From Eledone cirrhosa (taxonomy: Eukaryota), in contig OZ024744.1 in assembly GCA_964016885.1 (NCBI GenBank), positions 65,782,001-65,846,000 of the forward strand: a DNA stretch of 64,000 nt. The letters run 5' to 3'. Position 1 is the stretch's first letter. Each line of letters opens with the position of its first letter. The translations under genes were made by a program, and so were the position numbers. Shown here one piece after another: positions 13,745 to 25,823 of this stretch. Below the pieces are notes generated by a model, which was not told the DNA's origin, did not search any database, and worked only from the letters and a program-made list of their open reading frames with translations.

Positions 13745-14920
13745 GTTGCAACTGGTAGATAAGTTTTGAGACTTTTTCTTTTCAGGCACTTTTAATTGAT
13801 CTATGTAACTGTCACTCTAATACATCCTTGATATGGTTATAAGGTAAGATGCCAAATCATTTTCTTTCCAGGTTGAAGGTTCGAGCTCCTACGGCATTTT
13901 AAACACTACCCATCAAACATTTCTTGTCACAGCTGACTTATTCCACAATGCAGTTGAGATGTGAAGAAACTTTGAGGCTCAATATGCAATAAAGTTTGGT
14001 ATCAAGCTTGGCACAAGAGGTTCCAGGAGGGCAGGGAGCAGGTGAGGGATGATGAGAGGGGCATCACGACACCAAAGTTGGTAACAAAATTCACAAATTT
14101 CCATTGTGCATTTCTTCTGAAGAATGCTAAACAATTTGAAGTCATTCATGATGATCTGAACATGTGCAAAGTTTGTTTCCAGGGTGCTCAATGAAGATCA
14201 AAAGTAGAGGCGTGTTGAAAACAGCAAGGAGATGGTCGAGTGGATTGCTTTGAATCCAAGTGTCCTTCAGTCTCTGGTAACCTGTGATTAGAGCAGGGTC
14301 TACTGTTATGATCCAGAGACCAAGATACAGAGTGTCCAGTGGAAACATTCTGATTCTCCAAGACCCAAGAAGGTCAGGGAAAGCAGGTCCACTAGGAAGC
14401 TCATGATCCCATTCTTCAACAGCAAGGGCATCATCTACATCCACTGGGTCCCCCACGGCCAGACTGTCAACAAGGAGTATTATGTAGAGGTTTGAAGGCA
14501 GTTCAGAAAGATTACATTGCAGGAGACCAGAACTCTTCAAGTCTGGTCAGTAGCACCTGCACCAGGACAATGTCCCTTGCCACAAATCCATCCTGGTGAC
14601 CAACTACTTGGCCAATAAGGGGATCAAGACTGTCTATCATCCTCCCTACAGTCCAGACTTAGCACCATGTAACTTCTGGATGTTCCTGAAGTTGAAGAAG
14701 AAGCTTAGGATTATCCAATTTCAGGATGTGGACGAAATGAAGGAGACTGATAAGCACTCTAGACACCTTCACTTTGGAGGACTAAAAAGGGGCTTCTAGA
14801 AGTGGCAAGAGCACTTCAACTAATGAATTGAAGTTGGAGGATCCTACTTTGAGGGGAGCTAGAGATTTGTGTTGATCTGAGTTATATATAAATATCTCTT
14901 GAACCAGGTCAATTTCATGA
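13745..14920 (+). mobile_element. mariner transposon remnant
   Basis: Broken frames give AKFVSRVL, VTCD..VYCYDPETK, QWKH, GQTVNKEYY, HQDN.PCH and HPPYSPDLAPCNFW. Boundaries approximate. Confidence 0.85.
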
Positions 14921-15299
14921 CAACAAACATGAAGCAGAACTGACATGATTTAGTAGTTGATGAAACATGGAATGCTATGCCACATGAACAGCAGTGAGAC
15001 ATAGATATTATTAACTCTTACTATTCAGTAGGTTTGTTAATTCAAATGGTCATAGTATCTTTACCAGTGGACAGATCATGAGCATTTGCATATTTAATAA
15101 TATAAAGACTTTAATTTTTAGCCCTTTAGTTACCAACCTGGCCAAAACTGGTTCTGATTCTATGAAATAAAAGCACCCATTTTAGCTATTTCCAATTCAA
15201 ATTAAAATCTTCCAACATGATTTTTTATAAGAACCTTACATTAAGTTACTATCTTAGTAATGAAATAATTAAAATAGTGTATTTCATTAGGAATGTGGT

Positions 15300-17936
15300 C
15301 ATCATCATCATCATCATCATCACCGTTTTACGTCCGTTCTTCCACGCTAGCATGGGTTAGACGGGTTGTCCTGTTGTGGGCAGTGTCTGGTCGGCTGACC
15401 ATGCCTTGCTCATACAGGAACTGATCTGGCTTGATTTCTACAGCTGGATGCCCTTCCTAACACCAACCTCATTTACAGTGAGTGCTGGGTGCTTTTTCGT
15501 GGCGCCTACACGTCCACTTTACAGTGTGGGCTGGGTGCTTTTTTGCCGTGGCACCTCCACGACCACCTTGCGGTGGGGGGGGGGGCATATTGTTTATATG
15601 CTTCAGCATGTACCCATGGGAGGTCGGGTACCCTGTATTACTGCGTGACGCCAGAAGTCACGGTCGTGTGTCATTGACTTTGAGAGGTGTAGTTGGGTAA
15701 GGTCGGCTTTTATCACCTCATCCCAAGTCATCTTGGGTCTCCCCACTCCGCGGTTTCCATCAACTTCTAGTGCTCTGCACCTTTTTATGCAGCTGTCATC
15801 CTTCATACGCATCACATGTCCATACCAGCGTAACCGCCTCTCCTGCACGCAGCATTTGATTCCTCTTATGCTCAGTCTCTCTCTCAATTCATTTATGCTT
15901 TGTCGTTCACGTATATTACTGTTACACATCCATCGGAGCATGCAGGCTTCGTTTCTCTCTAATCTACGTAAGTCTTCCACCTTCAGCGCCCAGGTCTCAC
16001 TACCATGCAACATCGCTGTTCGGATACACGCATCATACAGTCTGCCTTTCATTCTGAGGGAGAAGCCTTTTGCAGCTAGCAGTGGTAGTAGTTCCCTAAA
16101 CTTCTTCCATCCCGTTCTTACCCTAGTTATTGTACTTTCTGAGCACCCACCTCCGTTGCTAATTCGGTCACCTAGGTAGCAGAAGCTGTCTACTGTTTCT
16201 ACAGGGCCCTCCCAGAGATTGGTGGTACTTGTTTCCTGTGGCTGTTTGCTTGCTGTTTCAGCACAGCTGCTGCATGTGAATCCTACATTCTTAATTAAGC
16301 TTCCTGAGATCCCGCTACATCTCTTGTGTACCCATTGTTTGCATTTGGGGCAAAGAATGGAGTTCCTACCTACACCTTTCCTACATACTGAGCAAGGCCA
16401 TTTCCCTGAGGGGATCTGGGTTCTGTTTTCTCGTCTACTTATAAGGACCTTAGTCTTTGTCATGTTGACTTTGAGGCCCTTTCTCTCTAGTCCCTGCTTC
16501 CAGGTTTGGAATTTATTCTCTAGTTCTACCATAGATTCAGCTATGAGTGCGAGGTCATCAGCATACAGGAGTTCCCATGGGCATCCGGTCTTAAACTCCT
16601 CCGTTATTGCCTGCAGGACTATGATGAACAGGAGAGGGCTAAGAACAGAGCCCTGGTGGACCCCAACCTGTACGCTAAATTCCTCGCTATACTCATTGCC
16701 AATCCTAACTTTGCTGACTGCTCCCCTATACATGGCTTGTACCGCTTTCACAAGCCATTCATCTACTCCTAGTTTTCTAAGAGCCCACCAGATTACTGCA
16801 CGTGGAACTCTGTCAAAGGCTTTCTCAAGGTCGACAAATGCCAAGTAGAGTGGCTTACTTTTAGCTAGGTACTTTTCCTGTAATTGCCTCACAAGGAAGA
16901 GCGCATCAGTGGTGCCTTTCCCTGGAACAAACCCAAATTGCATCTCGTCTATATTCACCCGGTCCCTAATCAGCTGTGCTATAACTCTTTCTGTTACTTT
17001 CATGACCTGGTCCATCAACTTTATACCTCTATAGTTTCCTCTATCTAGTGCATCGCCTTTACCTTTGTAGCAGTTGACAATGATGCTACTGCACCAATCT
17101 TTTGGTATGGCCCCCTCTAGTATTACCTGGTTAACGATACGTGTGGTTATAGTGTGACCTACAGACCCAGATGCCTTCAGCATCTCGGCAGCTATACCCG
17201 ATGGACCGGTTGCCTTCCCTATCTTCATATCTCTGATTGCCTTACTTACTACGCTGCCGCTGACTTGTACTGCTGGTCCCTCTATAGGGTCTACGTGGGG
17301 TAGGGTCTCTTCTTCCCATGCATTCTCCTCATTTAGTAATCTATCATAATGACTCTTCCATGCATCTTTCTTCTCAGCACTTGTGAGGGCAAGCTCACCT
17401 TTATCATTCCGGATACACTTCTCTCCAATGACATCACAACTATCTCTGACACACTGCCTCGCAATCTTGAATACCTCCTGTTTCTGGTCCTCACGTTGTA
17501 AAACATGCTTGAATTTTCTATCCTCTGCTTCCCTCCTAGCTAAGTATACTTGTCGCCTAGCTTCCCTCTTGGTCTCTATGTAATGTACCCTGCTCCCCCC
17601 GTTCTTCCATTCTTTCCATGCCTGTCTCTTGGCCTTGACTGCTTCATCTACCTTATTGTTCCACCACCAAGTCACTCTCCTCCTGCTTGAGGTCTTACTC
17701 CAGCCACAAACCTCATCCGTCGCCTCTAGTAAGTTATTTTTTAGGAACTCCCAGTTCTCTTCTACGTTAAATGTCTCTATCTGTTCTTCTTTACTGTCGT
17801 AGGCGTTGAGTAAAATATCTTTAAATCTGTTACTGGTTGAGGGGACTTTCAGCTTCCAGATCTTTCTTCTCCAGGTTGGCCTCTGTTTCAGGGCTCGTCT
17901 AGTTCTGACCGTGAGGTCGCTGACAACTAAGCTATG
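15300..17936 (-). mobile_element. RTE-clade LINE, 5'-truncated, with 3' UTR and (GAT)n tail
   Basis: Uninterrupted frame 17936 to 15603, then a UTR shared with many local fragments and a (CAT)n run on + at about 15300. Confidence 0.93.
15603..17936 (-). CDS. LINE reverse transcriptase ORF (partial, about 778 aa; frame open upstream of the tracked GTG start)
   Basis: NYRGIKL, QFGFVPG, FVDLEKAFD, GVHQGSVLSPLLF, LLYADD, FCYLG, RRLRWYGHVMR and GRPKMTW motifs; PHD-like C4HC3 insert. Confidence 0.92.
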   Translation of the reverse strand, partial: HSLVVSDLTVRTRRALKQRPTWRRKIWKLKVPSTSNRFKDILLNAYDSKEEQIETFNVEENWEFLKNNLLEATDEVCGWSKTSSRRRVTWWWNNKVDEAVKAKRQAWKEWKNGGSRVHYIETKREARRQVYLARREAEDRKFKHVLQREDQKQEVFKIARQCVRDSCDVIGEKCIRNDKGELALTSAEKKDAWKSHYDRLLNEENAWEEETLPHVDPIEGPAVQVSGSVVSKAIRDMKIGKATGPSGIAAEMLKASGSVGHTITTRIVNQVILEGAIPKDWCSSIIVNCYKGKGDALDRGNYRGIKLMDQVMKVTERVIAQLIRDRVNIDEMQFGFVPGKGTTDALFLVRQLQEKYLAKSKPLYLAFVDLEKAFDRVPRAVIWWALRKLGVDEWLVKAVQAMYRGAVSKVRIGNEYSEEFSVQVGVHQGSVLSPLLFIIVLQAITEEFKTGCPWELLYADDLALIAESMVELENKFQTWKQGLERKGLKVNMTKTKVLISRRENRTQIPSGKWPCSVCRKGVGRNSILCPKCKQWVHKRCSGISGSLIKNVGFTCSSCAETASKQPQETSTTNLWEGPVETVDSFCYLGDRISNGGGCSESTITRVRTGWKKFRELLPLLAAKGFSLRMKGRLYDACIRTAMLHGSETWALKVEDLRRLERNEACMLRWMCNSNIRERQSINELRERLSIRGIKCCVQERRLRWYGHVMRMKDDSCIKRCRALEVDGNRGVGRPKMTWDEVIKADLTQLHLSKSMTHDRDFWRHAVIQGTRPPMGTC

Positions 17937-18224
17937 AAAGGGTTAATGTGATGCAGTCATAATGCTGTTTTGTACTTTACAAGAATGTCTTGCTAAGGTG
18001 GTTTCATAGCAGATCTAGAGAAACGTGAAGCAAATATTGTTATATAATGTTAACTTATGGTGTATACACAGGATGTACTGAGACCACAAGTAGGCTGACA
18101 GAGAAGGTAGACTTCAGATTTGTAGTAGTCAACAGTAAATGTATTCATGAAATAAACTCTCTGGTGGTTCACTAGAACTAGTGCTGAGTGACCTCATTAG
18201 TGGCAGAGGTGGAAGAAGTTGAGA

Positions 18225-19100
18225 TGTTATTTTTGCTGACAACAAAGGGCTTCTCTCTCTGACTCAGATTGAAGGACATTGTATCATACTTGTTTAGACT
18301 ATTATACTGTATGGGAACAAGGTGTTGGCAAAGAATGAAAGATATTTATGATGAGTAGAAATAAATAAAGTGTGTATGCTCTACTGGATATGTAATGTTA
18401 ATGTACATGAATGATGAACCACAGGTGAGCTAAGAAAATCTGGGTGTAAGTAGAATCAAATGTGCAAGAAAGACAATTGCATTAGTTTGGACACCTGGTG
18501 CATAAGGAGAGCAAGAGTTGTATAAAGAAATGTCAAGTGCTTGGAATAGGTTAACCTTCAAAGAACCATCAGCGACAATAGAGTAATCTCCTCTTAATAC
18601 ATTATGCAGTGTCAAGGGAAGTAATTCATTAAAAAAAAAGCAGCATGCTGGAGGTTAATCCTGTGAAAGAAGGAGACCAGGGGATACAGTTGTGAAAAAT
18701 GAGAGGTTTGTGGATGACTGGCAATACACCATGCTAAAAACGAACCACTCACCAGTGTAAGCATGGCAATGTAAATGTGGGGAGAAATCAGACTGCATGG
18801 AATGTAGAGGTACCTTTAAGCCTGCAGTGGATGGGACTTCTCTGGTGTTTGCTTCATAATGGAATGTACTCTCTGGGCCTGTAAAGTAGTTAACAAACCG
18901 AGAAAACTTTGGATTTGGATTTAATGAAGACTTGACATCTCTATTGCTGGTCCCATGATAAAGTTGCATCCAGTAGATTCTGTAAAGGAAGGGCATTCAA
19001 CTGTAGCAACTAGATGTAGTCATCTGATGTCTTGTCTCAGACTATGATGACCCAGCTAACTCATGCAAGCATTGAAAGCATGTAAAATGATAACAATAAG
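18225..19100 (+). mobile_element. old RTE LINE fragments
   Basis: TTKGFSL and MLYWICNVNVHE similarity to the RTE C-terminus; RTE-type tail near 19000-19095. Confidence 0.6.
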
Positions 19101-20139
19101 CGCACGTAAAAATACATAGTATTAGTAATACAATAGATTGGTAAAAATATGTATTCTCCATTGTCAGAACTGTACAACTGTAGACTAGGTGCATGCATCT
19201 AGTCTAATGTTTAATCATCAGTTTTGAATGTATTCACAATGTTCTGATAAATGAAGAATACATGCTTTTCTCAATAATGTCTATGAAACTGGCAGTTATT
19301 TTAGTGTATTACTAATCCCATGTTTTAGAATATATAAGTTGCCTTTATGTTTACATATTGAGAGCTCATTCTTTCATAATACAAAATCCTACTTAAGTAA
19401 GCATATATATATATATATATATGTGTATGTGTTAATAAATATGAAGTCACGGTTCTACTTTTACATTACTTCAATTGAAGTATGGAAATGTTGAACCATG
19501 TCATCATATTTATTAATACATCTAGTACTAGTCTATGGAATCTCAGATCTTAAATAGGTACAACTGACGTAGAGTGCTTAAGCCTAATTACACTATAATT
19601 CGTTGATTGGTTGTGTGAAAATATAACATTGACAACCAACTAACATCAATATATATAAAGGGTGGGTTGTTGATGGGTATTGGAAGGTGACCAGAGTTAA
19701 AAAGGGTACTCAATATGTTAGTTGAGTACAGGCATTTTTATTTTATATAGAAATAATTTCTTCAAGACCCAATCCGTTTTACAATCTGTGTACTAGGTGC
19801 TTTTTACTGTGGCACTAAAATGATTAACTGACAGGTTAGACAATACTTTTTGTCGTATCACTAACACAATTTCTTTATAAGGTGGATTGGGTGTCTTTTG
19901 TCATGTCACCATCACAAGCACTTTACAGTGTGGACAGGGTGCCTGTTGTCGTGTCACTAACATGACAACCTTACAGAGTGGGATGGTCTATGATGTATGG
20001 AGTAGATATGGTCTGACACGGAATTTAAAAACAAAATAGAAATGTATTCTATGGTGAAAATTACCTGGCAACGACAGGCTACTAGAATTTATGAATCTGA
20101 GCTTGTTTGAAAAATTTGACAAATTGGAGTTCATCAAAG

Positions 20140-21474
20140 TTTTCAAGCTCTTTAGAAACGGTATATCTTGATGGGAATGGACAGGCAGGGCAGTTTGCAC
20201 AAAATCTCTTAATGCTTGGGGATGGGTGACTTTCTGTAGATTGCAAAGGCGCTATTGATGTACATCCCATAGGCATGATGGGTCGAATCTCAGAAAAAGT
20301 GTTCCCTAATATTGAGGATCTGTTTGCAAGTCACAAGTTACAAGTGGCTCAATGAAAGGGCTATATTGGTCCCGAAAAATGTGACAGTGAAATTGATAAT
20401 TCAAGAGCTGTTATATAGAATTCCAGGGGTTTCAAAGCTCTATTGATGTGTTGACACTGGTGGACAGTCGGAAGTTGTCAATTATCCGACAAAGTTCCTC
20501 AACTTTTTAGAACAATCAAGAATGCCTTCACATGTCATTGACCTTAAAGATGGGCATCCATCATCTTATTGAGGAATTTGGACCCACCTAGGCTATGCAA
20601 TGGCACTCAATTGGTTGTGAAAAAAAAAATGTATCCACATATCATTCAAGCCACCGTTTCAACAGGATATGATAAAGCAAAGGATGTGTTCATTCCAAGA
20701 ATTCCTCTGATCTCCACTGATGTTCCATTTAAATTCAAATGACTTCAATTTCCAGTGAGTCTCAGTTTTGCCATGATCATCAAGTTGCAGTTGCTGGTTT
20801 AGAGCTTGAAGAGCCCTGCTTTACCCATTGTCAGCTTTATGTTTGATGATGAAGAGTAGGAAATATGAAAAATATTTACATTTATGTACCGAATGGAGAA
20901 AAAAAACCATTGTGTATCGAGAAGTGATAAATTGCCCCAAATATCACAGAAATTTGTCCTGATCAAGAAGAGGCCTATCCAGCGAAGAAGACTTTATTGA
21001 AGAAAGAAAAGAATTCCTTTCATGTATAGATCTGGATACTTGCACTCTTAACCCTTTAGCATTCACATTATTTTATATATACTATTATATTTCCATGGTA
21101 AAAGCTTTACCTCACATAATATCAAATCTATGAGATTTTGAAAGTATTTATTTTGAGAACAATACCTTAACATAAGTTTGAGCAACCAGTTACAGCCAGT
21201 TTCAACAGAAAGAGGTTTTGGCCAGTTTGAACACTAAAGGGTTAATTCTATCAGCTTTACCTTACTATTTGTTTTTTCTTAAATAGCTTTATTTTTTCCA
21301 TATTCTTCATACCCAACTCATCAGAAAAAACAAAATAAAATCAGTTTTTTGTGAAATCTGCATCCTAATAAGAAATGGGTGATGAGACAGAGGGCAGACA
21401 TGAAATTAAAAAAAGAATTGGAGGAAGGAATTCTATGATGAGAATTGCCTGACAACGACGGGCTACTCTGCTAG
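20140..21474 (+). mobile_element. Helitron remnant: PIF1-type helicase 3' part and terminus
   Basis: FAQNLLMLGDG, NERAILVPKN, LLRNLDPPRLCNGT, VFIPRIPL and QFPVSLSFAM fragments; ends with hairpin GCCTGACAACGACGGGC then CTAG|T at 21471-21474. Confidence 0.85.
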
Positions 21475-21577
21475 TATATATATATATAAAATAGTCGTTT
21501 TGGAAGGCTCAACAATGCAGATGGATACATCTTGGAGTAACAAAATCAGCCAACCAATAAACATCTTTCTTTTATAT

Positions 21578-21830
21578 TCATCATCATCATCATCTTCGTT
21601 TAACGTCCATTTTCCATGCTAGCATGGGTTAGACGGGAGTTGTTCCACTTGAGGCAAGGTTGGTCGGGTGACCGTGTCTCGCTCATATAGGACTATTTGG
21701 CAGGTTTTCTATGGCTGGATGCCCTTCCTAATACCAACCACATTTACAGTGTGAAACTGGGAACTTTTTACCGTGTTACCTACACGGCCACATTACAGCA
21801 TGGACTGTGTGTTTTTGTCGTGACAACTAC
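21578..21830 (-). mobile_element. RTE 3' UTR fragment
   Basis: (CAT)n + TTAACGTCCATTTTCCATGCTAGCATGGGTTAGACGG, as at 15300. Confidence 0.8.
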
Positions 21831-22499
21831 ACAATCTCATTATCTCATTATCTCATTTATTTGGACTGGATGATGTGGTACCAACTTTATAGAGAGAGGG
21901 TGTTGTTGGTGGGAGTGGGAGGATAGGGTAGGGGTAGTGGATTGGAGTGTATATTTGGTTAAGTGGTGCCTACTGAATGTAGGTTTCGCTTTGTACATAA
22001 TATAGATATCTATATATAAATTACAAGTATGTAAGCCTACTTTCATGCTCATAGTCTATTTATATATATATAAATTATGAGCATGAAAGTAGGCTTACAT
22101 ACTTTGGAAGACTAATGTTATCTGCAAATGTAATAGTTGTAGAATCCATGACTATAAGAGTTATCATTGTTTATATAAGTAACACACTTTGACAATTATA
22201 GAAGATATGCTAATGATGCAATACACCACTAAAGAAGATGGAAATGAGGGAAATTGAAAAGTTCGAGAGAGCTTTTCAGTTGTGTCAAGGGCATGACAAC
22301 CTCTTTATTGTTGGTGACATGGTGAAACTTATCCTGTAACTTATTTTGTAAAGTGGTTGATGATAGGAACATCCAGCGATAGAATACTTGCCAAACAAAG
22401 CTTCAAGGGGTTCTTTAATTGTGACAAAGACATGACAACCTCCTTAATGCTGGTACTATGATAAAATGAATCCGGTGCACTCTGCAATTAACTGTAACT

Positions 22500-23400
22500 G
22501 AGATCTGTATGTCACTCACCAGTGGTGTCTCATAATAGAGAAATTTGGACAAAACAATAAAACAATGTTGTTGTCCTCAGCATCAACAAAGCTTTCAACT
22601 GTTTGTTATGCAACCTCTAAAAACTGATCATCTTGGGGCATTAGCTTCCTTTTAGATCACATAGCAGCTTGTAATGATGGTGTTCTCTCTGTCCCACACT
22701 CTATGAACTCTGGTGTATCCCATGGTTCAATTTTGATCCCTGTTCTTTTTACTCTACTAGCCATCATTCCCAACAACAACTTTTATACAAATTATACCAC
22801 TCTTCATTTCATTACCTTCTACAACCAAATGCCATCCATATTCTATCTTAACATTTCATGCTGGAAATTAACATCCAATAATTTCATACCAACCTCCTCT
22901 TTTTCAACAATGAGAAAAACAAAACATAAGCACTGCTTACCTCAAGAAAAAATCATTATACCTTACCTTTCTTAAGCATGAATAGCACGCAAATAAAACC
23001 TCCAAATAGAAGCCCTCACAATCACCGAAAACTTTTTGTGGTAAACATGTCATTAATATAGTTATGACTGCATCCTAGTACCTGGCCCTTCTCTTTTGGG
23101 CCAAAACATACTTGAAACCTCCCAAAAATTTGAGGTCCTCTGCAAAGGTCAGGTGAGACCCACAATGAACTGCTGCTCCCATATCTGGAGTGGTACTGCT
23201 GCTGTTTACACTAGCATATTAGACTGCATCCATAAAAAAGACACATGGCTACTTAATTGAAAGTTGCTTTGTGGAACTTTTCATTCTTTGGAACTCCCTC
23301 TCTGCTACAATTTAAATAGAACATCGACAGCATTGATCTATACAGTCTCAATTTAAGTTATATGCCAAACAGTGTATAAAGAATGCATTTGGAGTAACCT
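22500..23400 (+). mobile_element. highly decayed non-LTR RT fragment
   Basis: MNSGVSHGSILIPVLF (GVPQGS-like) and CSHIWSG fragments. Confidence 0.55.
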
Positions 23401-23414
23401 TCCTGACTTTTGGA

Positions 23415-23750
23415 AACCAGATATTTCAACCAATTTAGTTCTTGTTCCATTATGAGATTGACCATAACCCATAAGCTATTGAGAGTCTTAGGTTTTTTTT
23501 TATTACTGTAAGAATATTATTGAATTATATAAAGACCAGATATTTCAGACAACATAGTCCTTGTTCCACCATGAGATTGACCATACACAAGCTATTGAGA
23601 GTCCTAAGTTTTTGATTGTTGTAAGAAGAATATTACTGAATTATATAAAGACCATTCAGCCAGCATGGTGAGATTGACCATAACACATAAGTTATTGAGA
23701 GTCCTAAGTTTTTGATTACAGTAAGAATAATACTGTATTATATAAAGAAT
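23415..23750. repeat. three diverged tandem copies of a 100-120 bp unit
   Basis: TGAGATTGACCATA...AAGCTATTGAGAGTCxTAxGTTTT recurs at about 23453, 23572 and 23669. Confidence 0.85.
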
Positions 23751-25823
23751 GTTATTAAATCATATGATTCATTTCAATGTATGACTGTTTATTGTTACAT
23801 ATCACAAGGGCAAAGATAATTGGTCAATTCTACTGATATCTGGGATAGAATCAACAATTATTGCAAAGTACTTATATACCTTGATTACAGTTATCTTTGA
23901 TAGAACCTCAGTTGATAAGGTCTATATTAGACTATTTTGTATGTCACGACTGAGATAGACTATATTTCAATCACTCACTATTAAATATTACTCTAACAAT
24001 GTATCAATTCTATTGACAAACACCTTAATTAGTTCTAAACATTGTCTTTGTTTTTTCTACTTGTGGAACCTAAACCTTGACACAATAACTACAGAATAGT
24101 AATTCTTTCTTCTCTGAATAAAGAACTACATCTAGAATATGGGTTAGAATCATTTTGTTTTTCTCTGTCTCTTTCCTTTCTGCAGTAACAAGGCCAAACA
24201 GAGTAATTATCTTGTTAAAAAAAAAAAAAAAAAAATGAAATTTGGTAACAGAAAAATCTATATCTGTATTTTTTGTAATTTTTTTCTGCTCATTTCATGT
24301 TTTTCATATTCGTGTGTACCTTTATCAAAGTTTTTGCAACCAGATTTTGGATAATTCCAACCATCTGACTGATTTACAAAAAAGCCAACAAGCAAAACAA
24401 AAGTGTGAGTAAACCAACCAGTACCTAATTATTTCACAATCAGTTCTAACTTGGTGTTTGTGCAGAAATTATGCGTCACTTCATCTTTTAGAAAATTAAC
24501 AGAATTATCTTTAAGACATGACTGACAAATGTCAATTCCTAGAAGAACACATAGCGGGGTCTGATGTTTCTCAAAGCAAGTGTTGATCTTGATAACATAT
24601 AGCCATAACCCCCTAGCATTGACATAACTCTATATTTACTATCTTATTTTCATGGTAAAGGCTTTATCTCACATAATATCGAATCTACGAGACTGATATT
24701 ATTTATTTTGATAACAATACTTTAACATAAATATGAGCAGCCAGTTATGGCCGGTTTGAACAGATAGAGGTGAGAGAATTCTGGCTGTTTATAGCTGGTT
24801 TAAATGCTAATTAGTTAATGTGTCATCTTTGTACTCTGGGGGATGGTTTGCTGAACTGGTCAGGATTTCTAAAGGCTCTGTGAACATACTTGGGAAAGAG
24901 AGAGAGAGAGAGAGATTTGCCCAGTTCTATGCAAATATGTCTCCCTCTCTCTTCCACTCCTTTGAGTATGGTCACAGACCAACTGACCAAAATTATTTAC
25001 ACAATCATAAAAATGAACACTATAAAGAAGATTATACTGTATTTAAAAAAAAAAAAAAACAAATGCAATATTAAAACCTGATTAAGAGTTAGACTTATTT
25101 AAACTGGCTGTATCCAGCCAGAATTCTCTCATCTCTTTCTGTTCAAATTGGCTGTAACTAGTCACTCATACTCATGTTAACGTATTGTTCTCAAAATAAA
25201 TAAAATCAAAATCCCATAGATTCGATATTGAGATAAAGCCTTTACCATGAAAATACAATAGTAAATATAGAGTAATGTAAATGGTAAAGGGTTAAAGTTC
25301 ACTCTATTTCATTTTGGTGATATGTCTATGGTCTTATAGTACAAATATAGCAAAACATTGTCAAGTATACTGGAGAAAGGATGATGATGATGAGAAGATC
25401 TAGAGGAGAGCTGTGAGCAGGTTATCTACCTGCACAGTAGAAAAACCAGACCATCTAACATTTTACAGAAATGTTTTACTTTGTAAATAGTAGTTGATCC
25501 TAAAATTAGCATCTTTCTTCATATTCTTCGTTTCAGAACGCAGAAACAGCCACAATTTGATACATGTAGTCCCAGGACTGTAGAAACAATATTAAGCAGG
25601 GTCTGGATAGTATATTAGGGGATCAGGTTTATCTAAGATTGGATTGGACAATTCCTTCAGAGGCTGATTGTGTTTTTACAAACAGAAAGCTACACACACA
25701 CAAATATCTCAAAAGTAACTCGGATGATGTACAGTTACGGAAACACTTTTGGAGCTATTGTGTATGAGAAATCAATAAACCACATGCTACCACATGCTAT
25801 ATGTTTAAGTACCTGGCTGTCAT

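Noticed and set aside
15733-16848. Plus-strand 148-aa and 209-aa ORFs
   Set aside because: Antisense shadows of the RTE ORF.
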